Source: Candidatus Eremiobacteria bacterium
GTDB taxonomy: Bacteria; Vulcanimicrobiota; Vulcanimicrobiia; Vulcanimicrobiales; Vulcanimicrobiaceae
Length of the DNA stretch: 64,000 nt
Direction of reading: 5' to 3'
NCBI GenBank assembly: GCA_024281075.1
Contig: JAMXLK010000075.1
Coordinates: forward strand, 397 to 64,396
Shown here: one piece after another, positions 25,660-33,914 of the stretch
Layout of the letters: each line of letters opens with the position of its first letter
Numbering within the stretch: position 1 is the first letter of the stretch
Made by a program: the position numbers and the translations under genes
Notes under the pieces: model-generated
Database searches by the model: none
The model's input: only the letters and a program-made list of their open reading frames with translations
Told to the model about the DNA's origin: nothing

Positions 25660-27154
25660 TCGTCTGCGGATAGTCGCTTCGATAGTGACTGCCGCGGCTC
25701 TCCCGCCGCGCCAATGCCGCCTCGGCGATCAGCCGCCCCACGACGAGCAGGCTGCGAAGCTCGCCTAGGCTATCGCCGAACTCCGGCGCCAAATCGTCGA
25801 GGCGTGCGAGGGCCGCGCGCAGCCCCGCCTCGTCGCGAACGAGCCCGACGTTGGAATACATGACGTTGCGAATGTCGCTGAGCGCCTGCGCGGCGGTGGT
25901 CTGCGGATCGCGACGCCGGCGGGCGGGTGGTGCGACCGGACGTGCGTCGCGCGCGAGAACCTTGACGTTGCGATGCGCGTTGCCAATATCGACCGCGACG
26001 CGCGAACCGTAAACGAGCGCCTCGAGCAGCGAGTTGCTGGCGAGCCGGTTCGCGCCGTGCACGCCGGTGGCGCTCGTCTCGCCGCACGCCCAGAGATGCT
26101 GCAGCGACGTGCGGCCCCACTCGTCGACCGCGATTCCGCCCATGAGATAGTGCGCTGCCGGTGCAACGGGAATGTTTTGAACCCGCGGATCGATACCGGC
26201 CTCCATGCAGAAGCGGAAGACCGTTGGAAAGGCATCGGGAAATCGCGCGCCGAGTGCCTCGCGCGCATCGAGGCCGACGGTTCTTCCGTGCTGAAGCTGT
26301 TCGAAGATAGCGCGCGCGACGACGTCGCGCGGCGCGAGTTCGGCGTCGCGATGGATCGAAAGCATGAACCGCTCGCCGAGATCGTTAACCAGCGTGGCGC
26401 CTTCGCCGCGAACGGCTTCGGTAACGAGCGGCATGGGATCGCGACCGATCGCGAGCGCAGTGGGATGGAACTGAACGAACTCCATATCGGCGAGCAGCGC
26501 ACCGGCGCGCGCTGCCATGGCGATTCCGTCGCCGGTCGCTTCGACCGGATTGGTCGTGTAGCGGTAAAGCCGCCCGACGCCGCCGGTGGCGAGCACGACC
26601 GCAGCGGCGCGCAACTCGAACGGTACGCCCGCGCTTCGGATCGCGCGGACACCGCAGACGCACTCCTCTTCGAGAACCAGGTCGAGCGCCGTTACGTCTT
26701 CGACGACGTCGATCGACGGATGGTCGCGTACGGCGCCAATGAGGGTCTTGAGGATCTCGTGCCCGGTCGCATCGCCGCCCGCTTTCACGATGCGCCGGCG
26801 CTGATGTGCGGCCTCGCGTCCGAGTGCGAGCTCGCCGCCGGCGGTACGGTCGAATGCCGCGCCGAGCGCGAGCAGCTCTTCGACCTGCGCCGGGGCATCA
26901 TGCGTGAGAATGTCGACGATTTTGCGGTCGCTGATGCCGGCGCCCGCGAGCTGCGTATCGATCGCGTGAAGGCTCGGCGAGTCGTCCTTGCCGATCGCCG
27001 CCGCGATACCACCCTGCGCCCAATCGGTCGCAGCACCCACGCCGAGACGCGTTTTACACAACACCGTGACGCGAGCCGGCTGCAGCTTCAGCGCCGCGAT
27101 CAAACCGGCGATGCCGGCGCCGACGACGATTGCGTCGCTGGGTTTGCTCTCCAT
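25610..27154 (-). CDS. nadB: L-aspartate oxidase
   Basis: FAD-binding N-terminus (VVGAGIAGL) and flavoprotein motifs (FVQFHPT, GETSATGVHGANRLASNSL). ATG 27154 lies 10 nt after the nadA stop. Confidence 0.93.
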   Translation of the reverse strand: MESKPSDAIVVGAGIAGLIAALKLQPARVTVLCKTRLGVGAATDWAQGGIAAAIGKDDSPSLHAIDTQLAGAGISDRKIVDILTHDAPAQVEELLALGAAFDRTAGGELALGREAAHQRRRIVKAGGDATGHEILKTLIGAVRDHPSIDVVEDVTALDLVLEEECVCGVRAIRSAGVPFELRAAAVVLATGGVGRLYRYTTNPVEATGDGIAMAARAGALLADMEFVQFHPTALAIGRDPMPLVTEAVRGEGATLVNDLGERFMLSIHRDAELAPRDVVARAIFEQLQHGRTVGLDAREALGARFPDAFPTVFRFCMEAGIDPRVQNIPVAPAAHYLMGGIAVDEWGRTSLQHLWACGETSATGVHGANRLASNSLLEALVYGSRVAVDIGNAHRNVKVLARDARPVAPPARRRRDPQTTAAQALSDIRNVMYSNVGLVRDEAGLRAALARLDDLAPEFGDSLGELRSLLVVGRLIAEAALARRESRGSHYRSDYPQTNEAFAKRSFTRLRSVA

Positions 27155-27164
27155 CGGCGCTGCG

Positions 27165-28187
27165 CTAATCCCGCGGACGGCTGTACGAAAGCATTCGGTC
27201 GACGGCGCGCCGCGCGCGCTCTGCAACGTCGGGCGGAACCGTCACTTCATACTCCATCGCTTCCAAACTGTGGAGCACTTTCGGAAGCGTATTGCGCTTC
27301 ATGTGCGGACAGAGATTGCACGGCCGTACGAATTCGACGTTGGGATAGCGTCCGGAGACGTTATCGGCCATCGAACACTCGGTCATGAGGAGCACGCGTG
27401 CTCGCGCTTGCTGCGCAAGCTCTCCGACATATTCGGTCATGCCTTGCGTCGAGCCGACGAAATCCGCTTCGGCGAGCACGTCGGGCGGACACTCCGGATG
27501 CGCAAGCACGATCAGCGACGGATCGCCTTCTCGGAAACGGCGGATTTCATTGCCGGTGAAGCGCTCGTGGACTTCGCAGTGTCCCTTCCACGCGATGATT
27601 TCGACGTTCGTCTTGGAGGCGACGTACTTCGCGAGATACTCGTCGGGAAGAAAGATGACGCGCGGCGCGTGCAGTGCCTCGACGATCTGCACCGCGTTGC
27701 CGCTCGTCACGCAGACGTCGGATTCCGCTTTCACCTCGGCCGAGGTATTGACATACGTGACGACCGGCGTGCCGGGATATTTTTCGCGCAGCAATCGAAC
27801 GTCGGCGGCGGTGATCGATGCAGCCAGCGAGCAGCCGGCCTTCAGATCCGGCACGAGGACGATCTTGGAAGGATTGACGAGCTTTGCGGTCTCGGCCATG
27901 AAATGCACGCCGCAGAGTACGATGACGTCGGCGTCCGTCTTTGCTGCCTGAATCGCTAAAGCAAGCGAGTCACCGACGATATCGGCGACCGTGTAAAAGA
28001 TTTCCGGCACCTGATAATTGTGAGCCAGAATGACCGCGTTTCGCTCGGCTTTCAAGCGGTTGATCGCGGCAACGTAGGGAGCGTGTATCGGCCACTCGAC
28101 GCGGGGGATAACGTTTTCCACGCGCGCGAAAATGGGGTCGGTCTCAGCCGCGATGTCGCTGGTATAGGGTAATTCGATGACGCCCAT
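27165..28187 (-). CDS. nadA: Quinolinate synthase
   Basis: NadA motifs ([35 protein letters not shown]). Confidence 0.93.
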   Translation of the reverse strand: MGVIELPYTSDIAAETDPIFARVENVIPRVEWPIHAPYVAAINRLKAERNAVILAHNYQVPEIFYTVADIVGDSLALAIQAAKTDADVIVLCGVHFMAETAKLVNPSKIVLVPDLKAGCSLAASITAADVRLLREKYPGTPVVTYVNTSAEVKAESDVCVTSGNAVQIVEALHAPRVIFLPDEYLAKYVASKTNVEIIAWKGHCEVHERFTGNEIRRFREGDPSLIVLAHPECPPDVLAEADFVGSTQGMTEYVGELAQQARARVLLMTECSMADNVSGRYPNVEFVRPCNLCPHMKRNTLPKVLHSLEAMEYEVTVPPDVAERARRAVDRMLSYSRPRD

Positions 28188-28440
28188 GAGCTTACTGGAG
28201 AGTGATTGCGGCCCTCGGCGCCGCTTCTCCCTTTTCTATTACCGCTCGCGGACGCGTTCGTATGCAAAGACCGCCGGCAATGCGCGCCCAAGGGTCCGGT
28301 AGGCGGGAACTCTGCTGCCGCGCCGTGGAAGCCTTCCCAAGCGCCCCGCTCGGACGTCCGCCGAGCGAGTTTTGGTCCGTAGATGGTTCGGGTACGAGGC
28401 GCCTACGTCGTTCATACTATAGTCAATAAGGAGGCACTCC

Positions 28441-28671
28441 GTGAATCGATGGTTTGTCGGCATTGTGCTCGCGGCCGCCGGCGTCGCAAGCGCGGGCAGC
28501 GTCATCGCGTCGGCCCAGCCTTATCCGTCCGCATCCCCAATGGAATCCATGTCGCCGTCGCCCATGCCGTCTAGCGCGGCAGTCGCGGCGCAACCCCAGA
28601 TGACGCCGTCACCAATGATCTCGCCGGTGGTATCGCCGTCACCGTCGCCCGAAAACACGATGCAGCCATAA
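28441..28671 (+). CDS. Small secreted Met/Pro/Ser-rich protein (76 aa)
   Basis: GTG start 6 nt after a strong AAGGAGG SD. Sec-type signal peptide (FVGIVLAAAGVASAGSVIASA/Q). The mature part is low-complexity with repeated (S/T)P-M units. Third-position GC bias is like that of neighbouring genes. Confidence 0.5.
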   Translation: MNRWFVGIVLAAAGVASAGSVIASAQPYPSASPMESMSPSPMPSSAAVAAQPQMTPSPMISPVVSPSPSPENTMQP

Positions 28672-28726
28672 GTTTTCGGCGATTGAAAGCCGCTTCGTGT
28701 CGATAAGCTGTGGGTAACCAAAATTT

Positions 28727-28745
28727 CTTGTGGAACCCTTGTGGA
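28727..28745 (+). promoter_or_regulatory. Direct repeat CTTGTGGA-N3-CTTGTGGA (11-bp periodicity), candidate activator site
   Basis: Two identical 8-mers at 28727-28734 and 28738-28745, one helical turn apart and ~17 nt upstream of a -35-like TTGCAA. Confidence 0.3.
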
Positions 28746-28761
28746 CTCGACGTTTAACTTC

Positions 28762-28791
28762 TTGCAAGTCGCTATTTACATTTGATAGCAT
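28762..28791 (+). promoter_or_regulatory. Candidate sigma70-type promoter of the OPT leader
   Basis: TTGCAA (28762-28767), an 18-nt spacer, then an extended -10 TGaTAGCAT (28783-28791). It lies in the only AT-rich patch of the window. Confidence 0.35.
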
Positions 28792-28794
28792 GCA

Positions 28795-28962
28795 AACACT
28801 TCGCCCAATGACGAAGCGCGGAAAGTATCGGACCGCGACTGGAGGCACGTAGACGATCCGTCGTCAAAAGCGACAATCCGAGTGAATCCGCTCGAACAAC
28901 CGGATCGAGACGCCGGCAGAGGCTCAACGGCTTCAAACAGGCGAGATGACCGGCGGTACAGC
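28795..28962 (+). ncRNA. Candidate structured 5' leader (riboswitch or attenuator of unknown class) upstream of the OPT transporter
   Basis: About 170 nt between the candidate promoter and the terminator contain several local hairpins: CTTCG-N8-CGAAG, CGCGG-N11-CCGCG, GACGA-N4-TCGTC, CTCGA-N9-TCGAG. I recognised no match to a known riboswitch consensus. Confidence 0.35.
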
Positions 28963-28999
28963 AAAGCCCGCAGCGAATCGCTGCGGGCTTTGTAATTTT
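28963..28999 (+). terminator. Intrinsic terminator 21 nt upstream of the OPT start codon
   Basis: Perfect 13-bp stem AAAGCCCGCAGCG/CGCTGCGGGCTTT with a 3-nt loop, followed by GTAATTTT. Confidence 0.7.
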
Positions 29000-29020
29000 C
29001 GGCGCAGAAGAGCCGCTCGC

Positions 29021-30949
29021 ATGGAGTCGCGGGCCGAGCTCACGCTACGAGGTTTCGTCTTGGGTGCCGCGATCACGTTGGTCTTCACCGCTGCCAACGT
29101 TTACCTCGGTCTGAAAGTCGGACTCACATTCGCCTCATCGATCCCCGCCGCAGTGATTTCGATGGCGGCGCTGCGCGCGTTCCGTAACGCGACGATTTAC
29201 GAAAACAACATCGTCCAAACCATCGCTTCGGCCGCCGGAACGCTCTCGGCGATCATCTTCGTACTGCCCGGACTCGTGATGGTGGGCTGGTGGAGCGGCT
29301 TTCCCTTCGCACAGTCGTTTGCGATCTGTGTGATCGGCGGCGTTTTGGGTGTCATGTACAGCGTACCGCTCCGGCGAGCGCTCGTGACGGGTTCCGACTT
29401 GCCGTACCCTGAAGGCGTCGCCGCCGCAGAGGTGCTCAAAGTCGGCAGCGCGTCACGCGCCGCGGAGCGAAACGAAGCCGGCCTTTTCGCGTTATTGGGT
29501 GGAACGCTCGCTTCGGCGGGATTCGCGCTCGTCGTCGCAACGCGGCTCTTCACCGGCGAATTAGCGGGATATTTTCGCGCGGGCGGGGCCGCGAGCGGTG
29601 CCGCGTTCTCACTTTCGCTCGCGCTCGTCGGCGCCGGTCAACTCATCGGTCTCACCGTCGGCGTCGCAATCTTCGCCGGTCTTGTCATCGCATGGGGCAT
29701 CGCGACGCCGATTCTGACCGCGCTCCACCCCGCGGCCGGCGCCGCCGCCGACGTCGCGACGACCATGTGGGCCCATCAGGTTCGCTTCATCGGCGCCGGC
29801 GCAATCGGCGTTGCAGCGCTTTGGTCGCTCGGCAGACTCGTGCGTCCGGTCGTGCTCGGGGTCGCCTCCGCACTCGCAGCGGCACGCTGCCGCCGCCAAT
29901 CCGCGCGGGATCTTCCGCGAACCGAGCGCGATTTGCCGATCGGCATCGTCGCCCTCATCAGTGCTGCGTGCCTCGTGCCGCTGACCTTTTTGTTATGGTC
30001 TTTTCTGCGCGGCGGCGCGCTTGCGTCGCTCGCCGGCCCCATGACGTTTGCGGCGGTCGCATACGTGGTCGTCGCAGGTTTTTTCGTCGCCGCCGCTTGC
30101 GGCTATATGGCGGGATTGATCGGTTCTTCAAACAGTCCGGTTTCCGGCTTGGCAATTCTTTCCGTGATCGGCGCAGCGCTCATCGTGCTTGGGGTCGGCC
30201 ACGAACTCGCGCACGTCGCCACGCTGCCGATGATTGCCTACGCGCTGCTCGTCACGGCCGTGTTACTCTGCGTCGCGACGATTTCAAACGATAATCTGCA
30301 AGATTTAAAGACCGGTCAACTCGTCGACGCGACGCCGTGGCGTCAGCAAGTCGCACTCGTACTCGGCGTTGTGGTCGGCGCGCTCGTCATTCCGCCGATT
30401 CTCGATCTGCTCAATCACGCGTACGGCTTCGGCGGCGTGAGCGGCCTCCCGGCGCCGCAGGCGACCTTGATCTCGGCGCTCGCCAAAGGCGTCATCGGCC
30501 ATCTGCTCGACTGGCATCTCATCGAAATAGGTGCGCTGGTCGGAGCAGTCATCGTCGCCGCCGACGAGTTGCTGCGTCGCCGCAACCTAGCGCTGCCGCC
30601 GCTGGCGGTGGGATTGGGGATCTATCTTCCCATCTCGACGACGGCGCCCGTCGTGCTGGGCGCGATTTTGGGTTGGGCCTATAACCGCTGGTCCTCACGC
30701 CAAAACGATACGGAACGCGCGAAGCAGCTCGGCGTCCTGGTCGCATCCGGTCTGATCGTCGGCGAGAGTCTCTTCGGTGTTGTGCTTGCCGGCATAATCG
30801 TCTTTAGCGGAAATGCCGCACCGCTGGCGCTGGTCGGCGATTCCTTTGCACCGGCGGGCAACGTGATCGGAACGATCTTCTTTATCGTCGCGCTCGGAGG
30901 TCTCTTTCGTTTATGCCGTACGCTCGCGTTGTCGCCGCGCTGGCGCTAG
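29021..30949 (+). CDS. OPT-family oligopeptide transporter
   Basis: Bacterial OPT signature N-terminus (ELTLRGFVLGAAITLVFTAANVYLGLKVGLTF), NNLQDLKTG and many TM segments. ATG 29021 preferred over 28946, which would place the terminator hairpin inside the CDS. Confidence 0.88.
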   Translation: MESRAELTLRGFVLGAAITLVFTAANVYLGLKVGLTFASSIPAAVISMAALRAFRNATIYENNIVQTIASAAGTLSAIIFVLPGLVMVGWWSGFPFAQSFAICVIGGVLGVMYSVPLRRALVTGSDLPYPEGVAAAEVLKVGSASRAAERNEAGLFALLGGTLASAGFALVVATRLFTGELAGYFRAGGAASGAAFSLSLALVGAGQLIGLTVGVAIFAGLVIAWGIATPILTALHPAAGAAADVATTMWAHQVRFIGAGAIGVAALWSLGRLVRPVVLGVASALAAARCRRQSARDLPRTERDLPIGIVALISAACLVPLTFLLWSFLRGGALASLAGPMTFAAVAYVVVAGFFVAAACGYMAGLIGSSNSPVSGLAILSVIGAALIVLGVGHELAHVATLPMIAYALLVTAVLLCVATISNDNLQDLKTGQLVDATPWRQQVALVLGVVVGALVIPPILDLLNHAYGFGGVSGLPAPQATLISALAKGVIGHLLDWHLIEIGALVGAVIVAADELLRRRNLALPPLAVGLGIYLPISTTAPVVLGAILGWAYNRWSSRQNDTERAKQLGVLVASGLIVGESLFGVVLAGIIVFSGNAAPLALVGDSFAPAGNVIGTIFFIVALGGLFRLCRTLALSPRWR

Positions 30950-32880
30950 CGCTCGCTGCGACGTCCGCTGCCGCTTCCGCTCGGCCGTGGACGCTCGTCG
31001 ACGCCGTTACCGCGCCGTTCATGGACGACGTTCAAGTTTCGCCGGATGCGCGCACCGCGCTCGTCGAGATCGATCGCACCGACCTCGCGAATAATACGTT
31101 TCTGACGAACTATCGCGCCGTCGCCGTCGCGACCGGCGCGAGCGCGACGATGCCGAACGATCTGAACCATCCGCGCTGGTCGCCCGATTCCACGCACATT
31201 GCATGGCTTGCCGCAGGTAAAGGCGGAAACGCATTGCTCGTCACCGATGCACGCGGCGGCCGGCGCCGAATCTTCCCGAGCGACGGCCGCAACGTGATCG
31301 CGTTCGCATGGTCGCCGGATGGGCGCACCATCGCCGCGATCGAAACGGCGGCGGCAACCGCGGCGGGGCCGCGGCTCTTTTGGTTGACGCCGGAGAGCGA
31401 TTATCGCGGAACGCGCCCGCCGCGCCGTTCGCTCTGGCTCGTCGACGTCGCGGCGGGGACGCAACGCGAGATCACGCGCGATGAATGGTCGTACGGCGGC
31501 CCTGAGACGGACCACGACCCATCGTGGTCTTCCGACGGTTCGCGCCTCGCAATCGTGCGCCAACCGACGCCGGTCTACGGAGATTTCGAGCACGCGCAAT
31601 ACGTCAGCGTGAACCTGACCGACGGGCGAGTGACGCAGATCGTGAACCATCCGTTCTTCGCCTATCCCGGCAGCGCCGCGCCGGTTTTCGGACCGGGCGG
31701 CGCGATTGCATACACGCATACCTGGGATGGAAATTTAGCGTCGCGCGAAGACGTCTTCGTGAACGGCCGCGACATTAGTGCGGCCCTCGATCGAGATCTT
31801 TGGAGCTGCTCGAACGGCTCCATCGCGTGGCAATCCGGTGCGCTGCTTGCGGGAATGATGGACGGCGCGGCAATCCGGCTCTTCGCGCTCGATCCTAACG
31901 GAACGTCACCGCCGAAAGCGCTGACGCCCGACGACGGTTCGGTGGTAGCGTATTCGATCGCGCGCGACGGTACGATTGCATATATCTGGACGACGTCGCA
32001 GCTGCTTCCCGAGCTCTACGTTCGCACCGCCGGCGGCGCAACGCGTCAGGTCACTCACCTGTTGCGGCTTCCGCGCGATCTGACGGTCGCAACGACTCGC
32101 TACGTTACGTGGCCTGATTCATCGGGCCACACCCTCCACGGCCAACTGACGTTGCCCTCGCAGGCAGCGGTGGCTTCGGCGCCGCTCATCGTCGAGCCGC
32201 ACGGCGGTCCGCAATGCGCGACTCCGATCGGCTTCGACGGCGTCGGCCAATACTTGGCGAGCAACGGGTATGCGTGGTTCCGTCCGGATCCGCCGGGGAG
32301 CGACGGCTACGGCGATTGGTCGTATAAAGCGATCGTCGGCAACTGGGGGCCGCTGCCGATGTCGGCCGACCTCGCCGGCGTCGATGCCGTTCTTGCCGGC
32401 GGCGTCGGCGATCCGAAGCGGACCTTCATCGAAGGTGGCTCGTACGGCGGCTACCTGACATCGTGGATCGTGACGCACAGCAATCGCTTTCGCGCTGCCG
32501 TTGCCGAGGTGCCGGTGACCGATCTCGGGCTCGATTACGCGCTTTCCGAAAGCCCGAACATCACGCGGCGATTTTTCGGCGACAAGCCGATGGTGGATCC
32601 GGCGGCACTCGCGCAACAATCCCCCCTCGATTACGTCACGCAAGAGCGTACGCCGCTGCTGCTGATCGTCGGCCTGCGCGACACACGCGCGCCGTACGTG
32701 CAGGCGATTGAATTTTATAAAGCGCTGGCCGAAAACGGCGCCCCGGTACAAATTCTCGCCGACCCGAAGGCCGGCCACGGGCCCAATGATCCACAGGGCT
32801 TCATGGATTGGTGGAGCTCGACGGTGGCGTGGTTTGCGCGCTACGGCGGCATCCCGATTCCGGACGGGAAACTGCCCTGA
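30913..32880 (+). CDS. Secreted S9-family serine peptidase (prolyl oligopeptidase/acylaminoacyl-peptidase type) with N-terminal beta-propeller
   Basis: Signal peptide, TolB/WD40-like repeats (WSPDS, WSPDG, WSSDG) and a catalytic GGSYGGYL nucleophile elbow, with Asp and His downstream. Confidence 0.88.
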   Translation: MPYARVVAALALALAATSAAASARPWTLVDAVTAPFMDDVQVSPDARTALVEIDRTDLANNTFLTNYRAVAVATGASATMPNDLNHPRWSPDSTHIAWLAAGKGGNALLVTDARGGRRRIFPSDGRNVIAFAWSPDGRTIAAIETAAATAAGPRLFWLTPESDYRGTRPPRRSLWLVDVAAGTQREITRDEWSYGGPETDHDPSWSSDGSRLAIVRQPTPVYGDFEHAQYVSVNLTDGRVTQIVNHPFFAYPGSAAPVFGPGGAIAYTHTWDGNLASREDVFVNGRDISAALDRDLWSCSNGSIAWQSGALLAGMMDGAAIRLFALDPNGTSPPKALTPDDGSVVAYSIARDGTIAYIWTTSQLLPELYVRTAGGATRQVTHLLRLPRDLTVATTRYVTWPDSSGHTLHGQLTLPSQAAVASAPLIVEPHGGPQCATPIGFDGVGQYLASNGYAWFRPDPPGSDGYGDWSYKAIVGNWGPLPMSADLAGVDAVLAGGVGDPKRTFIEGGSYGGYLTSWIVTHSNRFRAAVAEVPVTDLGLDYALSESPNITRRFFGDKPMVDPAALAQQSPLDYVTQERTPLLLIVGLRDTRAPYVQAIEFYKALAENGAPVQILADPKAGHGPNDPQGFMDWWSSTVAWFARYGGIPIPDGKLP

Positions 32881-32902
32881 CCCGTCAGAAATTCGCTGTG
32901 TC

Positions 32903-33427
32903 ATGAAGCGCTTCACCATCTTCACGGGCGCGGCCACAGTGATGGTCCTGCTGCCCGCCGTGACCTCAAGTGCACCAACCGGAGGCGCGGTATACCGCAC
33001 GTCGCCCGTCGTTGCGCGACCGGCTTTCCCGCAGCGCTCGGGAGAGCAAAATCGCAGCAACTTTACCGTGCCGTTCCACATCGACTCCGCCCCGAAGACG
33101 GCTCCCCAGACGTTGCGAGTACCGACGCCGCAGTTGTATACGCGCTCCGCGTGGACGTGGCGGCCAACCTATGTGTGGCTCGCCAATCCGTGCTTCGCAA
33201 ACGGCGCCAACTGGGCACCTTTGCAAAATGCGGCGGCGAACCAATCGATGCCCGAGTTTACAATCGGTTCGCTCGCCGGCAATCCTTCGCACAGCGTTCT
33301 CTCGAAATCCGCGTCGGATATCGCGAACATCGCCTCGTCAAGCACCGCCTCGGCCGACGCCGCCGGCAAGAACGGGCTTCAGTTCGAATGGCAGCCCTCG
33401 ATCTGCGGCCAGCAAGGAATGTTTTAG
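32903..33427 (+). CDS. Secreted hypothetical protein (174 aa)
   Basis: ATG 32903 followed by a signal peptide (MKRFTIFTGAATVMVLLPAVTSSA). No family recognised. Confidence 0.55.
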   Translation: MKRFTIFTGAATVMVLLPAVTSSAPTGGAVYRTSPVVARPAFPQRSGEQNRSNFTVPFHIDSAPKTAPQTLRVPTPQLYTRSAWTWRPTYVWLANPCFANGANWAPLQNAAANQSMPEFTIGSLAGNPSHSVLSKSASDIANIASSSTASADAAGKNGLQFEWQPSICGQQGMF

Positions 33428-33503
33428 TCCCTGGCTTATACGGTATAGGAGCTTAGGAAGCGAGCGCTAGCGTCTAGCTAGCCCTCAGGAAGGAGCATGA
33501 AAC

Positions 33504-33914
33504 ATGCACCGTGCCCTCATGATCGGCATCTTTGCCCTCGCTCTCGTCCCAATCGGAGTCTCGGCGCAGCGGTGTCTCGGAAGTAACCCCGCAATCACGC
33601 ACGTCGAAGTACAGAGCACCCACGTCGTGGGCAAGATGAACCAATATCATTTGGTCGGAACGGTCAAGAATTTGGGGACGGCCAGTCAGCCGTCGAACAC
33701 CTTGCAATTCGTGGACATTTTCGATGCCGCACAGAAAATCGACTCTAAGAGCATTCCGCCGATCACCGCGGGTGGAACGTTCCATTTTACGTACAACTGG
33801 AATCGTGCCCTCGATGCGGGCGCCGGAACCACGAAATTCATCTTTAAAATCCGCATGGTTCACGGAGTAAACTGCAATCCTTCGAACGGCGGCGCATACG
33901 TTCTGACGTTCTAG
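33504..33914 (+). CDS. Secreted hypothetical protein, possibly a CARDB/Ig-like fold (136 aa)
   Basis: GGAAGGAG SD, signal peptide (MHRALMIGIFALALVPIGVSA) and beta-rich sequence with a VKNLGTA motif reminiscent of CARDB domains. Confidence 0.62.
   Translation: MHRALMIGIFALALVPIGVSAQRCLGSNPAITHVEVQSTHVVGKMNQYHLVGTVKNLGTASQPSNTLQFVDIFDAAQKIDSKSIPPITAGGTFHFTYNWNRALDAGAGTTKFIFKIRMVHGVNCNPSNGGAYVLTF

Noticed and set aside
28188-28440. NAD+ class-I (nadA motif) riboswitch upstream of nadA.
   Set aside because: The position is right, but the conserved CAACA / ACANCCCC elements and the tandem domain architecture of that motif are not present in the minus-strand leader as far as I can read it. The region is kept only as an unexplained long region.
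28921-28940. CTTCAAA heptamer resembling a tRNA-Sec (UCA) anticodon loop, noticed because selA is in the window. Also GGTTCGACC at 43293-43301, resembling a T-loop.
   Set aside because: The flanking bases do not form an anticodon stem, T stem or acceptor stem. No cloverleaf can be drawn in either case.
28945-28975. T-box-like string GGCGGTACAGC just before the terminator, compared with the T-box core GGUGGUACCGCG.
   Set aside because: I could find no Stem I features (AGAGA/K-turn, specifier loop, distal AGVGA). I could not draw a canonical antiterminator with a 7-nt UGGN bulge. The downstream gene is not an aminoacyl-tRNA synthetase or an amino-acid biosynthesis gene.
28946-29020. ATG at 28946 as the OPT start, as in the ORF track.
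   Set aside because: It would add a 25-aa Arg/Cys-rich extension and place a perfect 13-bp terminator hairpin inside the CDS. OPT homology (ELTLRGF...) begins just after the ATG at 29021.
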